The notes: generated by a model not told the origin, from the letters alone. A stretch of 20,509 nucleotides of DNA from Candidatus Hydrogenedentota bacterium (GCA_029974275.1 JARKSN010000107.1:1-20509), one strand, 5' to 3'. Positions 1 to 8,482 are shown, counted from the first letter of the stretch. Numbers and translations: made by a program.

Positions 1-336
1 ACCCTCTCCTACTGCCGTCTGCTGGCATTGGGCCTGACCACCAGCATCATCGCCCTGTGCGTCAACATGATCGCGGGGCTCTTGCGCGACGCCATTCCCG
101 GAGTGGGCATCGTGGTATTCATCGCGCTGGTGATTGCGGGACACCTCTTCAATTTTGGAATCAGCTTGCTCGGCGCATTCATTCACGCCATGCGCCTCAT
201 CTTCGTGGAATTCTTCGGACGCTTCTACTCGGGCGGCGCAAGGCCGTTCCAGCCGCTAAGCATGTCCTCGGAGAGCTTTTTACTGAAACCTTCCCCGGCT
301 GGAGCGACCGGCGCCGCAACGCCGCCCACGCCATGA
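1..336 (+). CDS. atpI: A/V-type ATP synthase subunit I (a), C-terminal fragment; 5' end lies outside the window
   Basis: Frame is open from base 1: TLSYCRLLALGLTTS (the conserved SYxRLxAL motif with the essential Arg), GHLFN, HAMRLIFVEFFGRFYSGGARPFQPL (typical subunit I C-terminus). Lies directly upstream of subunit K. Confidence 0.96.
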   Translation, partial: TLSYCRLLALGLTTSIIALCVNMIAGLLRDAIPGVGIVVFIALVIAGHLFNFGISLLGAFIHAMRLIFVEFFGRFYSGGARPFQPLSMSSESFLLKPSPAGATGAATPPTP

Positions 337-532
337 CACAAGGACGCAAAACATGAGGGCCCACCGCCACGAAAGGCAGGACACGCCGCCGGCAAAGGCG
401 CCAAGACCTTGCGGCCTTCCCGTGCAAACGCCAGGTTTCGGGAAAACAAATTTCGTATCGAGACGCCATGGGGGCGACGCGACGCGCGGCGCCGACATGA
501 CGGCATCAGCATAATCGGAGGAGAAACAGGGC

Positions 533-1045
533 ATGGACACTTCACTGGCATTGGAAATTGGACGCGGGCTAGCCTGGGCAGGCGCGGCCCTGGCCTTCGG
601 ATTGGGCGGATGCGGATCCGCCAAGGGCATCGCCATCGCCTCGCAACAAGCCACGGGCGTGTTGAGCGAAAAACCGGACATGTTCGGCAGACTCATGATC
701 ATGGTGGCATTGCCCGGCACGCAAGGCTTCTACGGCTTCGTGATCGCGTTCATCATGTCCTACCAAACGGGCCTTCTTGGCGGCGACATCAAGGTCACCC
801 CGGGCACGGGGCTCGCCCTGTTCTTCGTAGGGCTTGCCGCCGGCTTGGCCCAATTCGTCAGCGGCATCTACCAGGGACAAGCCTCGGCGGCGGGCATCTC
901 ACTCGTCGCGCGACGTCCCGAAAAAGCTGGACAGGCCATCTTGTTCCCGGCTCTGGTGGAAACCTACGCCGTCGTGGCATTGCTGTCCGCCTTCCTGCTG
1001 ACCATCTGGCTGACGGCGCCCCGCGTGCTGACGTTTCTTCCATAA
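533..1045 (+). CDS. atpK: A/V-type ATP synthase subunit K (c, proteolipid), 4-TM duplicated type, Na+-binding signature
   Basis: 170 aa, hydrophobic. Motifs GSAKG, LPGTQGFYG, SGIYQG and LVETYA closely match Enterococcus hirae NtpK. GGAGG RBS upstream. Confidence 0.96.
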   Translation: MDTSLALEIGRGLAWAGAALAFGLGGCGSAKGIAIASQQATGVLSEKPDMFGRLMIMVALPGTQGFYGFVIAFIMSYQTGLLGGDIKVTPGTGLALFFVGLAAGLAQFVSGIYQGQASAAGISLVARRPEKAGQAILFPALVETYAVVALLSAFLLTIWLTAPRVLTFLP

Positions 1046-1069
1046 GGCAAAAACACGAGGGACGACGGC

Positions 1070-1666
1070 ATGGGCCTTGAAAACATTCAACGGGTCGTAC
1101 TCGCAACGGCGAACGAACAATCCAAACACATCGTACAGGCCGCCCAGGAAGCGGCCGACGCCAAGATCGCGGCCTTCCGCGACGCTGAAACGCAGGCCTG
1201 CGAGCGGCGTTTTCAGGCTGCGACCCGCGCGATAGAGGAGGAGCTTTCGCGCCTGCTCATCCAGCAACGAAGCGCGCGAAACAAGACGCTTCTCGAAAAG
1301 CGCAACGCCTGCCTGGCCCGTCTCTTTACCCTGGCCCGCGCACACATCCTTGACGCGCCCGCCGACGAATACGCCGCCCTCATGCGTGCGCTGCTCGAAA
1401 AAACCATCGACGGAAAGGCATGCCGCATACGGGTGCATCGCGACGACGAAGCCGTGTTTGCGGACTTGATCGCCGAAATGAACAAGCAGCGGCCGCCGGA
1501 AGAAAGGATTTCGCTGGACACCACGTCTCCCTTGCCCCGACGTGGCGGCTTTACGCTTGTCAGCGACCGCTACGAAATCGATCAGACGCTGGAAACCATG
1601 ATGGCCGGCCTGGAACGGGAAATGGCGCCGCGCCTGGCGGCGCAACTTTTCGGCGCCGCGACATGA
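1070..1666 (+). CDS. atpE: A/V-type ATP synthase subunit E
   Basis: 198 aa with a helical/coiled-coil N-terminus (MGLENI...) and a C-terminal GGFTLV...EIDQTLE motif. Sits between K and C. Confidence 0.88.
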   Translation: MGLENIQRVVLATANEQSKHIVQAAQEAADAKIAAFRDAETQACERRFQAATRAIEEELSRLLIQQRSARNKTLLEKRNACLARLFTLARAHILDAPADEYAALMRALLEKTIDGKACRIRVHRDDEAVFADLIAEMNKQRPPEERISLDTTSPLPRRGGFTLVSDRYEIDQTLETMMAGLEREMAPRLAAQLFGAAT

Positions 1667-1682
1667 ATACAGGAACAGGCGC

Positions 1683-2672
1683 ATGACCGCTTCGCTGACG
1701 ACAGAACAAATCCCATGGGGGTTCGTGTGCGGGCGCATCAACGTCCTGGAAACACGTCTGCTCGGCCACGATTTCCTTGCAGCGCTCGCGGCGCAGCCCC
1801 GCACGGAAGAAGTGCTGCGTCAGTTGCAGGAAACCCCCCTGCAAGAATTTCTCGTTCCAGGATCGGCATGGCAGGATTGGAGCCGGATCGCAGACGGCTA
1901 CTTTCATGCACGAGCCGTTTCCCTTCGCGATGACAGCCCAGACCCCAAAGTGGCCGCCCTCTGGCTGCTCGATTGGGACTTCCTCAACCTCCGCGCCACA
2001 TGGACCCGGCAATCCGTCTTCCCCTTTCCTGCGGGAATGTTGACCCACGAACGACTCGACGCCATAGTCGCGGGCGATTCGAGCATGTTGCCCCAAGATA
2101 TGAGGGAAGAAGTGGACCGGACTGTCCAGGAACTGGGAAACGCCCCCACATCCGATCTCGACGCCGCGCTGGACGGCGCCTATTTGCGCACGCTGCTCCA
2201 TCTGGCGGGATCGATCGGGGCCCCGGTCATCGACGCCTGCATCGGCGACTTCGTCCTCGGCAAAGCCATCGCGTGGCTCTGGCGCGCCGTGCGCGCCCGA
2301 CAAGGACTAAAAACCTTCCAACGCTTCCTGCTGCCGCTGGACGGCTACACAGGCATCCTGGAAGAAATACTCGCCGCGCCCGATCCCAAGTCCTGGCCCG
2401 GCATCGCGCCAGGACGCTTCGGCGAACTGATCGAAACGGCCCTGGAACACGAGGAAGACGATCGCATTCCCGCTTTCGAGCAGTTGGCTGCCGCGCACAT
2501 CTTGCAAATGGCGCGACGCGGCCAAGACCAAGTCTTCGGACCCGAACGCGTGTTCAGCTATTTGGCCACGTTGAAAAACGAAATGTACAACGTAAAACTC
2601 ATTGTGTGCGGACGGCTCAACCGAATCGACGCATCCGTGCTGAAACAGCGTCTGCGGGAGTGCTATGGCTAG
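1683..2672 (+). CDS. atpC: A/V-type ATP synthase subunit C (d/AC39 family)
   Basis: 329 aa with N-terminal GRINVLETRLL and C-terminal FGPERVFSYL..KNEMYNVKLI..G.....I....LKQRLRECY, characteristic of NtpC/AhaC. Operon position fits. Confidence 0.92.
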   Translation: MTASLTTEQIPWGFVCGRINVLETRLLGHDFLAALAAQPRTEEVLRQLQETPLQEFLVPGSAWQDWSRIADGYFHARAVSLRDDSPDPKVAALWLLDWDFLNLRATWTRQSVFPFPAGMLTHERLDAIVAGDSSMLPQDMREEVDRTVQELGNAPTSDLDAALDGAYLRTLLHLAGSIGAPVIDACIGDFVLGKAIAWLWRAVRARQGLKTFQRFLLPLDGYTGILEEILAAPDPKSWPGIAPGRFGELIETALEHEEDDRIPAFEQLAAAHILQMARRGQDQVFGPERVFSYLATLKNEMYNVKLIVCGRLNRIDASVLKQRLRECYG

Positions 2673-2985
2673 GGCAATAGTGATAGGCGAGCGACACTTG
2701 ATCCTCGGCTTCAAGGGCGTCGGGATGGAAATCATCCCCGCTCAAGACCGGGAAGCGCTGCACCGCGAGTTGATGACGCTCGCCCGCGACCCCGACGTGG
2801 CGCTCGTGCTCGTAACGGAAAGCCTGGCGGCCGAAGCTCCGGAAAGCATCGCGGAATTTCGCGGCGCGAGCATGGCCAGCCTCACCGTAATCCCAACGCA
2901 CGAAGGCAGCCGCCACGTCAGCTTCGAAATGATGAGACGCCTGGTGGAGAAATCCATCGGCGTGGATGTGCTCGGCAAGGACTGA
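2665..2985 (+). CDS. atpF: A/V-type ATP synthase subunit F
   Basis: 106 aa with AIVIGERHLILGFKGVG, LVLVTE, VIP and VEKSIGVD motifs. Overlaps the subunit C stop by 8 nt. Confidence 0.93.
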   Translation: MARAIVIGERHLILGFKGVGMEIIPAQDREALHRELMTLARDPDVALVLVTESLAAEAPESIAEFRGASMASLTVIPTHEGSRHVSFEMMRRLVEKSIGVDVLGKD

Positions 2986-3011
2986 GCCCGACAATCTCGA
3001 AGGAGGTAGCG

Positions 3012-3257
3012 ATGGAAACGCGAAAGATCATGAAAGAACTCTCAGCGTTGCCGCCAAACGCGCAACGCGAAGCGGTGGATTTCATCGCGTTTCTACGCGC
3101 CCGATATGCCACGCAATCGCGCAAGAGCGCCGCGATGCCTACGGACTGGACTCGCGAGCCGTTCTTCGGGATGTGGCGCGACAGGGCCGATATTACCGAC
3201 AGCTCAGCGTGGGTCCGAGCACAACGTACGCGCGAATGGAACCGCCGCAATGGATAA
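3012..3257 (+). CDS. Putative type II antitoxin (DUF2281-like)
   Basis: 81 aa: LSALPPNAQREAVDFIAFL followed by EPFFGMWRDR.D..DS..WVR..R..EW, a pattern typical of antitoxins encoded ahead of PIN toxins. Strong AGGAGGT RBS. Overlaps the PIN gene start by 8 nt. Confidence 0.8.
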   Translation: METRKIMKELSALPPNAQREAVDFIAFLRARYATQSRKSAAMPTDWTREPFFGMWRDRADITDSSAWVRAQRTREWNRRNG

Positions 3258-3654
3258 AGGTGCGCTCATCGACACGGACATGTTGATTGATTTGGCGCGC
3301 GGCAAGGAGGGCATTGCTGCCCATCTTGAGAAACTCAAGAAGACAGGGAATCTATATATCAGCGTCGTCACCTACATGGAATTGGTTGTTGGATGCCGCA
3401 ATAAATCGGAACAACGGTTCGTTGACAAATTGGTCGAGAAGTTTACGGTTGTGAATATTGACGCATCGATCTCGGAGACGGCCATGCGTTTTTTGAAGAA
3501 GTACAAGCTAAGTCATGGACTCCTTATTCCGGATGCGCTGATTGCGGCAACAGCTGCGACGCTGGAGATAGGCCTTCTGACTTGGAATCGAAAGGACTAC
3601 CGTTTTATCGATGGGCTAGCGATGCTTCCCGCTCCAAGGGCAGCACGAAAATAA
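3250..3654 (+). CDS. vapC: PIN-domain ribonuclease toxin (VapC family)
   Basis: Start ATG at 3250 (MDKGALIDTDMLIDLARG). PIN motifs LIDTD, ISVVTYMELVVG, IPDALIAATA and LLTWNRKDY. 134 aa. Confidence 0.93.
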   Translation: MDKGALIDTDMLIDLARGKEGIAAHLEKLKKTGNLYISVVTYMELVVGCRNKSEQRFVDKLVEKFTVVNIDASISETAMRFLKKYKLSHGLLIPDALIAATAATLEIGLLTWNRKDYRFIDGLAMLPAPRAARK

Positions 3655-3706
3655 AACACGATATCGCGATATGCGATGGAAATAGAAACAGCAGGAACGT
3701 ATAGCG

Positions 3707-5467
3707 ATGAGCAACAATCAAGGTGAAGTGGTCAAGGTTTCCGGACCTCTGGTGGTGGCCAAGGGATTGGCCGGTGCGCGCATGTACGAGATGGTGCGTG
3801 TGGGCGAGGCCGGTCTTTTCGGCGAAATCATCGAGATTCGCGGCAACGATTACTCGATCCAAGTGTACGAGGAAACCGAAGGCATCGGGCCGGGACAGCC
3901 GGTCGTGCGCACGGGCGAGGCCCTCAGCGTCGAACTCGGACCTGGGCTCATCCGGTCCATCTACGACGGCGTGCAGCGTCCGCTCGATGCGTTGGCCAAG
4001 GACTTCGGCGACTTCATCGAACGCGGCGCCTTCTCGGCGGCGTTGAATCGCGACGCGACGTGGGAGTTCAAGCCCCTCGCCGCCGTCGGCGATGCCGTCT
4101 CGCCCGGCGACGTACTGGGCACAGTCCAAGAAAGCAAGCTCGTCCTCCACAAAATCATGGTTCCCGCGGGCATCTCCGGCACAGTCAAAAAAATTGGCCC
4201 CATGACCGGCAACGTGGAAACCGAAGTCGCCGTCATCGACACTTCGTCAGGCCCCGTGCCCGTCACCATGGTGCAGCGTTGGCCCGTCCGGCAACCGCGC
4301 GGCGTCGCGCGCAAACTCCCGCCCAACGAGCCGTTGATCACCGGCCAGCGCGTTATCGACATGTTCTTCCCCATCGCCAAGGGCGGCACGGCGTGCGTGC
4401 CGGGCCCCTTCGGCAGCGGCAAGACCGTCGTCCAACACCAGCTCGCGAAATGGGCCGACGCCCAGATCGTCGTCTACGTCGGCTGCGGCGAACGCGGCAA
4501 CGAGATGACCGACGTGCTCATGGAATTCCCGCACCTGAAAGACCCCGCCTCCGGCGAACCGTTGATGGAACGCACGGTGCTCGTGGCCAATACCTCCAAC
4601 ATGCCGGTGGCTGCGCGCGAAGCCAGCGTGTTCACGGGCATCGCCATCGCCGAATACTTCCGCGACATGGGCTATTCGGTCGCGTTGATGGCCGACTCGA
4701 CGAGCCGCTGGGCCGAGGCCATGCGCGAGATCTCCGGGCGCCTCGAAGAAATGCCCGGCGAGGAAGGCTACCCCGCGTACCTCGGTTCGCGCATCGCGAG
4801 TTTCTACGAGCGCTCGGGCAAGGTCGTGTGCCTGGGCAAGGACAGACGCGAAGCATCGCTTTCTCTCATCGGCGCCGTGTCCCCGGCAGGCGGCGACATG
4901 TCCGAACCCGTGACCCAAGCCACCTTGCGCGTCGTGAAAGTGTACTGGGGCCTCGACGCGAACCTAGCCTACGCGCGCCACTTCCCGGCGATCAACTGGC
5001 TGAGTTCGTATTCGCTGTACCAGAACGTCGTCGACGCGTACGCGAACGACAAGGTCGACCCGGCATGGGAAAGCGATCGCAAACAGGCCATGACCCTGCT
5101 GCAGCGCGAAGCGGAACTCGACGAACTCGTGCGCCTGGTAGGTATCGATGCGTTGGCGGCGGAAGATCGCTTGTTGATGCAGGCGGCGAAGATGGTGCGC
5201 GAAGACTTTCTTCACCAAAACGCCTTCGACGACCGCGACACCTACACCTCCCTGAAAAAACAGAACCTGCTGTTGAAGGTTATCCTCAATTACTACACGC
5301 AGGCCCGCAAGGCCCTTTCCGAAGGCGCGAGCCTCAACGCCCTGCTGAATCTGCACGCGCTGGAAAATGTCGCGCGCGCCAAACTGATCCCCGAGGACGC
5401 CCCGAACGAATTCACGCAGTTGCAGGCAAACATCGCGCAGGCCATCCAGGCCCTTCCGCGTTACTGA
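3707..5467 (+). CDS. atpA: A/V-type ATP synthase catalytic subunit A
   Basis: 586 aa with Walker A GPFGSGKT, GCGERGNEM, ADSTSRWAEAMREIS and EEGYPAYL. No intein-sized insertion. Confidence 0.99.
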   Translation: MSNNQGEVVKVSGPLVVAKGLAGARMYEMVRVGEAGLFGEIIEIRGNDYSIQVYEETEGIGPGQPVVRTGEALSVELGPGLIRSIYDGVQRPLDALAKDFGDFIERGAFSAALNRDATWEFKPLAAVGDAVSPGDVLGTVQESKLVLHKIMVPAGISGTVKKIGPMTGNVETEVAVIDTSSGPVPVTMVQRWPVRQPRGVARKLPPNEPLITGQRVIDMFFPIAKGGTACVPGPFGSGKTVVQHQLAKWADAQIVVYVGCGERGNEMTDVLMEFPHLKDPASGEPLMERTVLVANTSNMPVAAREASVFTGIAIAEYFRDMGYSVALMADSTSRWAEAMREISGRLEEMPGEEGYPAYLGSRIASFYERSGKVVCLGKDRREASLSLIGAVSPAGGDMSEPVTQATLRVVKVYWGLDANLAYARHFPAINWLSSYSLYQNVVDAYANDKVDPAWESDRKQAMTLLQREAELDELVRLVGIDALAAEDRLLMQAAKMVREDFLHQNAFDDRDTYTSLKKQNLLLKVILNYYTQARKALSEGASLNALLNLHALENVARAKLIPEDAPNEFTQLQANIAQAIQALPRY

Positions 5468-5476
5468 GGAACGAAA

Positions 5477-5824
5477 ATGCGCACACTGGACGAAGCAAAC
5501 ACCCTATCGGGATCGGACGTGTCGCTTCTTTCGGCGCTCAAGAGCGGCATTGCCGCCGTTCTGGCAGGGTGCGACGTCTGGCTCTACGGAAGCGCGGCGC
5601 GCGGGGCGCAGACTGCCGAGTCCGATTATGATTTGCTCGTATTGACCGACGAGCCGGTTTCGACGTCCGTGCAAGCGCGTGTGCGCGACGTAACGTATGC
5701 GATCGAGTTGGAAAAAGGAATTGTGTTTTCAACGGTTTTTCGAACACGCACCGTGTGGGACAGTCCGTTAATGAAAGAGTCGCCGTTTCACGAAGAAGTG
5801 ACGAAGGACGCCATAGCGCTATGA
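5477..5824 (+). CDS. Minimal nucleotidyltransferase (MNT), antitoxin of an MNT/HEPN pair
   Basis: 115 aa with VWLYGSAARGAQTAESDYDLLV, i.e. an exact GS-x10-DxD motif, and a C-terminal [14 protein letters not shown]. Its stop overlaps the HEPN start (ATGA). Confidence 0.92.
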   Translation: MRTLDEANTLSGSDVSLLSALKSGIAAVLAGCDVWLYGSAARGAQTAESDYDLLVLTDEPVSTSVQARVRDVTYAIELEKGIVFSTVFRTRTVWDSPLMKESPFHEEVTKDAIAL

Positions 5825-6189
5825 CGCCGGAGCGCGCACACGAAGCGTTGAGCGCGGCCCGACTGCTGCTGGATCGGGGTCATGTATACGATGCGATCAA
5901 CCGTATGTATTATGCCGGTTTCTATGCGGTTGTGGCCTTGCTCTTGGTAGACGGATTGTACTCCAGTAAGCACGCAGGCGTGCGTGCGCTGTTTAATATG
6001 CACTGGATTCGAACAGAAAAGTTGCCGGTCGAAATGGGCAAGTTATTTCAGTTGCTCTTTGATTCACGCCATGACGTGGATTACGGCGATTTCCCCTCCG
6101 TTACGATAGAGGACGCGCGGTCCATGGAAAAAGAGGCGACGCGCTTTGTTTCGAGAATTGAGGAAGAACTTGCGCAACTCATGAAATGA
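5821..6189 (+). CDS. HEPN-domain protein (UPF0332-like), partner/toxin of the MNT
   Basis: ATG at 5821 coupled to the MNT stop. Motifs [23 protein letters not shown]...F and [10 protein letters not shown] (R-x4-Y). 122 aa. Confidence 0.9.
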   Translation: MTPERAHEALSAARLLLDRGHVYDAINRMYYAGFYAVVALLLVDGLYSSKHAGVRALFNMHWIRTEKLPVEMGKLFQLLFDSRHDVDYGDFPSVTIEDARSMEKEATRFVSRIEEELAQLMK

Positions 6190-6235
6190 ACTGCGCTTTT
6201 GTATTACATGTGCCAGAACCGTTGAGAGGCAGAAC

Positions 6236-7618
6236 ATGACGACGATCAGCAAAGAGTACCGCACCGTTAACCAGATCATCGGGCCGCTGATGCTTGTCGA
6301 GGGCGTCGAGGGTGTCACCTACGGCGAACTCACCGACATCAAGCTCGGCAACGGCGACGTGCGCCGCGGACGCGTGCTCGAGATCAACGGCGACAAGGCG
6401 ATGGTTCAGGTGTTCGAGGGCACCAGCGGCTTGGCGTTGCAGGACGTCAAGGTCAAATTCCTTGGCAAGGGCATCGAACTCGGCGTGTCGGCGGACATGC
6501 TCGGGCGCGTGTTCGACGGGTTCGGACGCCCCATCGACGACGGCCCCGCGATCATTCCCGAGAAGTGGTTGAACATCAACGGCAACCCGATGAATCCCTT
6601 CGCGCGCGACTACCCCAACGAGTTCATCCAAACCGGCGTCTCGACCATCGACCTGCTCAACACCCTCGTGCGCGGTCAGAAGCTGCCGCTCTTCTCGGGG
6701 TCGGGTCTCCCCCACTCCCGTTTGGCCGCCCAGATCGCGCGTCAGGCGCGCGTGCTCAAGACGGGCGAGAAATTCGCCGTGGTCTTCGCGGCGATGGGCA
6801 TCACGTTCGAAGAATCGGAATTCTTTATCTCCGACTTTCGACGCACCGGAGCCATCGAACGCGCCGTGCTCTTCATGAACCTCGCCGACGACCCGCCCAT
6901 CGAACGCGTCGCCGTGCCGCGCATGGCGTTGACGGCGGCGGAATTCCTGGCGTACGAGAAGGGCATGCACGTGCTCGTGATCCTCACCGACCTCACAAAC
7001 TACTGCGAGGCCCTGCGCGAGATTTCCGCCGCACGCAAAGAAGTGCCCGGTCGCCGCGGCTATCCCGGCTACCTCTACACCGACCTTTCGACACTCTACG
7101 AGCGCGCCGGACGCATCAAGGGCAAGGAAGGCTCCATCACGCAGATCCCCGTGCTGACCATGCCCGAGGACGACAAGACCCACCCGATCCCCGACCTCAC
7201 CGGCTACATCACCGAAGGACAGATCATGATCCATCGCGGCCTGCACGCACAGGGTATTTACCCGCCGGTCGACGTGTTGCCGTCGTTGTCGCGATTGAAG
7301 GACAAGGGCATCGGCGACGGCAAGACGCGCGAAGACCACGCCGACGTGATGAACCAATTGTACGCGGCGTACGCGCGCGGCAAAAACGCCAAAGAGCTTG
7401 CGGTCGTCCTCGGCGAGTCGGCATTGAGCGAAGTGGACCTGTTGTTCGTGAAATTCTCGGACGCCTTCGAGTCGCGCTTCGTGACCCAAGGCGAGGACGA
7501 GAACCGCGCCATCGAAGACAGTCTCGCCATCGGCTGGGACCTCCTCGCGATGCTTCCCAAGACCGAACTGAAGCGTATTCGCGAGAAATACATCGATAAA
7601 TATCATCCGAATAAGTAG
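6236..7618 (+). CDS. atpB: A/V-type ATP synthase subunit B
   Basis: 460 aa with [48 protein letters not shown] and [16 protein letters not shown]. Confidence 0.99.
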   Translation: MTTISKEYRTVNQIIGPLMLVEGVEGVTYGELTDIKLGNGDVRRGRVLEINGDKAMVQVFEGTSGLALQDVKVKFLGKGIELGVSADMLGRVFDGFGRPIDDGPAIIPEKWLNINGNPMNPFARDYPNEFIQTGVSTIDLLNTLVRGQKLPLFSGSGLPHSRLAAQIARQARVLKTGEKFAVVFAAMGITFEESEFFISDFRRTGAIERAVLFMNLADDPPIERVAVPRMALTAAEFLAYEKGMHVLVILTDLTNYCEALREISAARKEVPGRRGYPGYLYTDLSTLYERAGRIKGKEGSITQIPVLTMPEDDKTHPIPDLTGYITEGQIMIHRGLHAQGIYPPVDVLPSLSRLKDKGIGDGKTREDHADVMNQLYAAYARGKNAKELAVVLGESALSEVDLLFVKFSDAFESRFVTQGEDENRAIEDSLAIGWDLLAMLPKTELKRIREKYIDKYHPNK

Positions 7619-7654
7619 CGATGTCGTTTTTCTATCGCCAAGATGACGAAACGT

Positions 7655-7772
7655 TTTGACGCAAAGGAACGAAGGCATAAAGAAAGGACTTAACACAAAG
7701 GGCAGAAAATCTTCTCTTCTTTGCTTTTTCTTCCTTTGTGAGGCTCTGTGTCCTTTGTGCCTTTGTGGTGAA
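7655..7772. repeat. Degenerate inverted-repeat element built from CACAAAG/CTTTGTG units
   Basis: Right arm has CTTTGTG at 7734, CTCTGTG at 7744, CTTTGTG at 7753 and 7761, ending in GTGAA. Left arm has the degenerate complements CGCAAAG (7660), AACGAAG (7668), CATAAAG (7676) and CACAAAG (7694). The centre is pyrimidine-rich. Confidence 0.65.
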
Positions 7773-7799
7773 TATTAACGCTTGATTAGGTGAGTGGAT

Positions 7800-8426
7800 A
7801 TGCGTTTAGCGGTGAATCCCACACGAATGGAGTTGTTGCGGCTGACGCGCCGCTTGCGCGTAGCGCAGCGCGGCCACAAGCTGCTCAAGGACAAGCTCGA
7901 CGGCCTCATGAAGGAATTCATGGGACTTGCCGTCGAGTACAAGCAGGCGCGCATGGCCATCGACGACGAGTTGCCGCACGTTCTCAAGCTGTTCGTGTTG
8001 GCCGAGGTCACGTCCTCGCGCGCCATCACCGAGAACGCCCTCGAAACCACGCGCCAGACCCTCGACATCAAACAGGGCCGGCGCCGCATCATGAGCGTCG
8101 TCATCCCGCAATTGGAATTCACCTTCGGCGACGCGCAGGGCGGGTACTCGCTGATCCACACCTCGCCGGAACTCGACCAGGCCATCGCGCGCCTCAAGGC
8201 CTTCCTGCCAAAACTGCTGCGCATGGCCGAACTCGAAGAGACCGTCCGCCGCTTGAGCGAGGAAGTCGAGAAGACCCGCCGCCGCGTCAACGCCCTCGAG
8301 CACACCTTCATCCCGCGCATGCTGGAAACCGTCAAGTACATCAAAAACAAGCTCGACGAAATGGAGCGATCCAACACCAGCCGCTTGATGAAGATCAAGG
8401 CGCAGCGTCTCGCCGCGGAGGCATAA
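7800..8426 (+). CDS. atpD: A/V-type ATP synthase subunit D
   Basis: VNPTRMELL...RGHKLLKDKLDGL and EVEKTRRRVNALEH..IP motifs. ATG 7800 is preferred because AGGTGA lies 6 nt upstream; GTG 7794 is the alternative. Confidence 0.97.
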   Translation: MRLAVNPTRMELLRLTRRLRVAQRGHKLLKDKLDGLMKEFMGLAVEYKQARMAIDDELPHVLKLFVLAEVTSSRAITENALETTRQTLDIKQGRRRIMSVVIPQLEFTFGDAQGGYSLIHTSPELDQAIARLKAFLPKLLRMAELEETVRRLSEEVEKTRRRVNALEHTFIPRMLETVKYIKNKLDEMERSNTSRLMKIKAQRLAAEA

Positions 8427-8460
8427 CGCTGGCAATTGCGACACCTCCGCGCTATCATCC

Positions 8461-8482
8461 TCGCCACCCGCTCGGGTGGCGA
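8461..8482 (+). terminator. Perfect GC-rich hairpin after atpD (possible terminator or mRNA-stabilising stem)
   Basis: TCGCCACCCG-CT-CGGGTGGCGA. No U-tract follows, so intrinsic termination is uncertain. Confidence 0.4.

Noticed and set aside
341..400. c-di-GMP-I riboswitch (GGACGCAAAAC...GGGCC resembles its core)
   Set aside because: The upstream GGCAAA/GAAA-tetraloop stem and the closing 3' pairing are not evident, and the 5' half would fall within atpI. An Rfam scan would settle it.
3106..3249. Longer N-terminus of the PIN ORF (also 5755-5820 for HEPN and 8476-8514 for GH38)
   Set aside because: The PIN and HEPN extensions overlap upstream genes, and the GH38 extension begins inside the post-atpD hairpin. 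The downstream ATGs give translational coupling or an RBS and match where the domains start.
3707..5467. Intein in subunit A (a known intein host)
   Set aside because: The protein is normal length, and the sequence around GPFGSGKTV and GCGERGNE is uninterrupted.
4060..7696. Alternate-frame and antisense ORFs over atpA and atpB (523, 344, 505 aa)
   Set aside because: They overlap highly conserved genes and have the low-complexity composition expected from high GC3.
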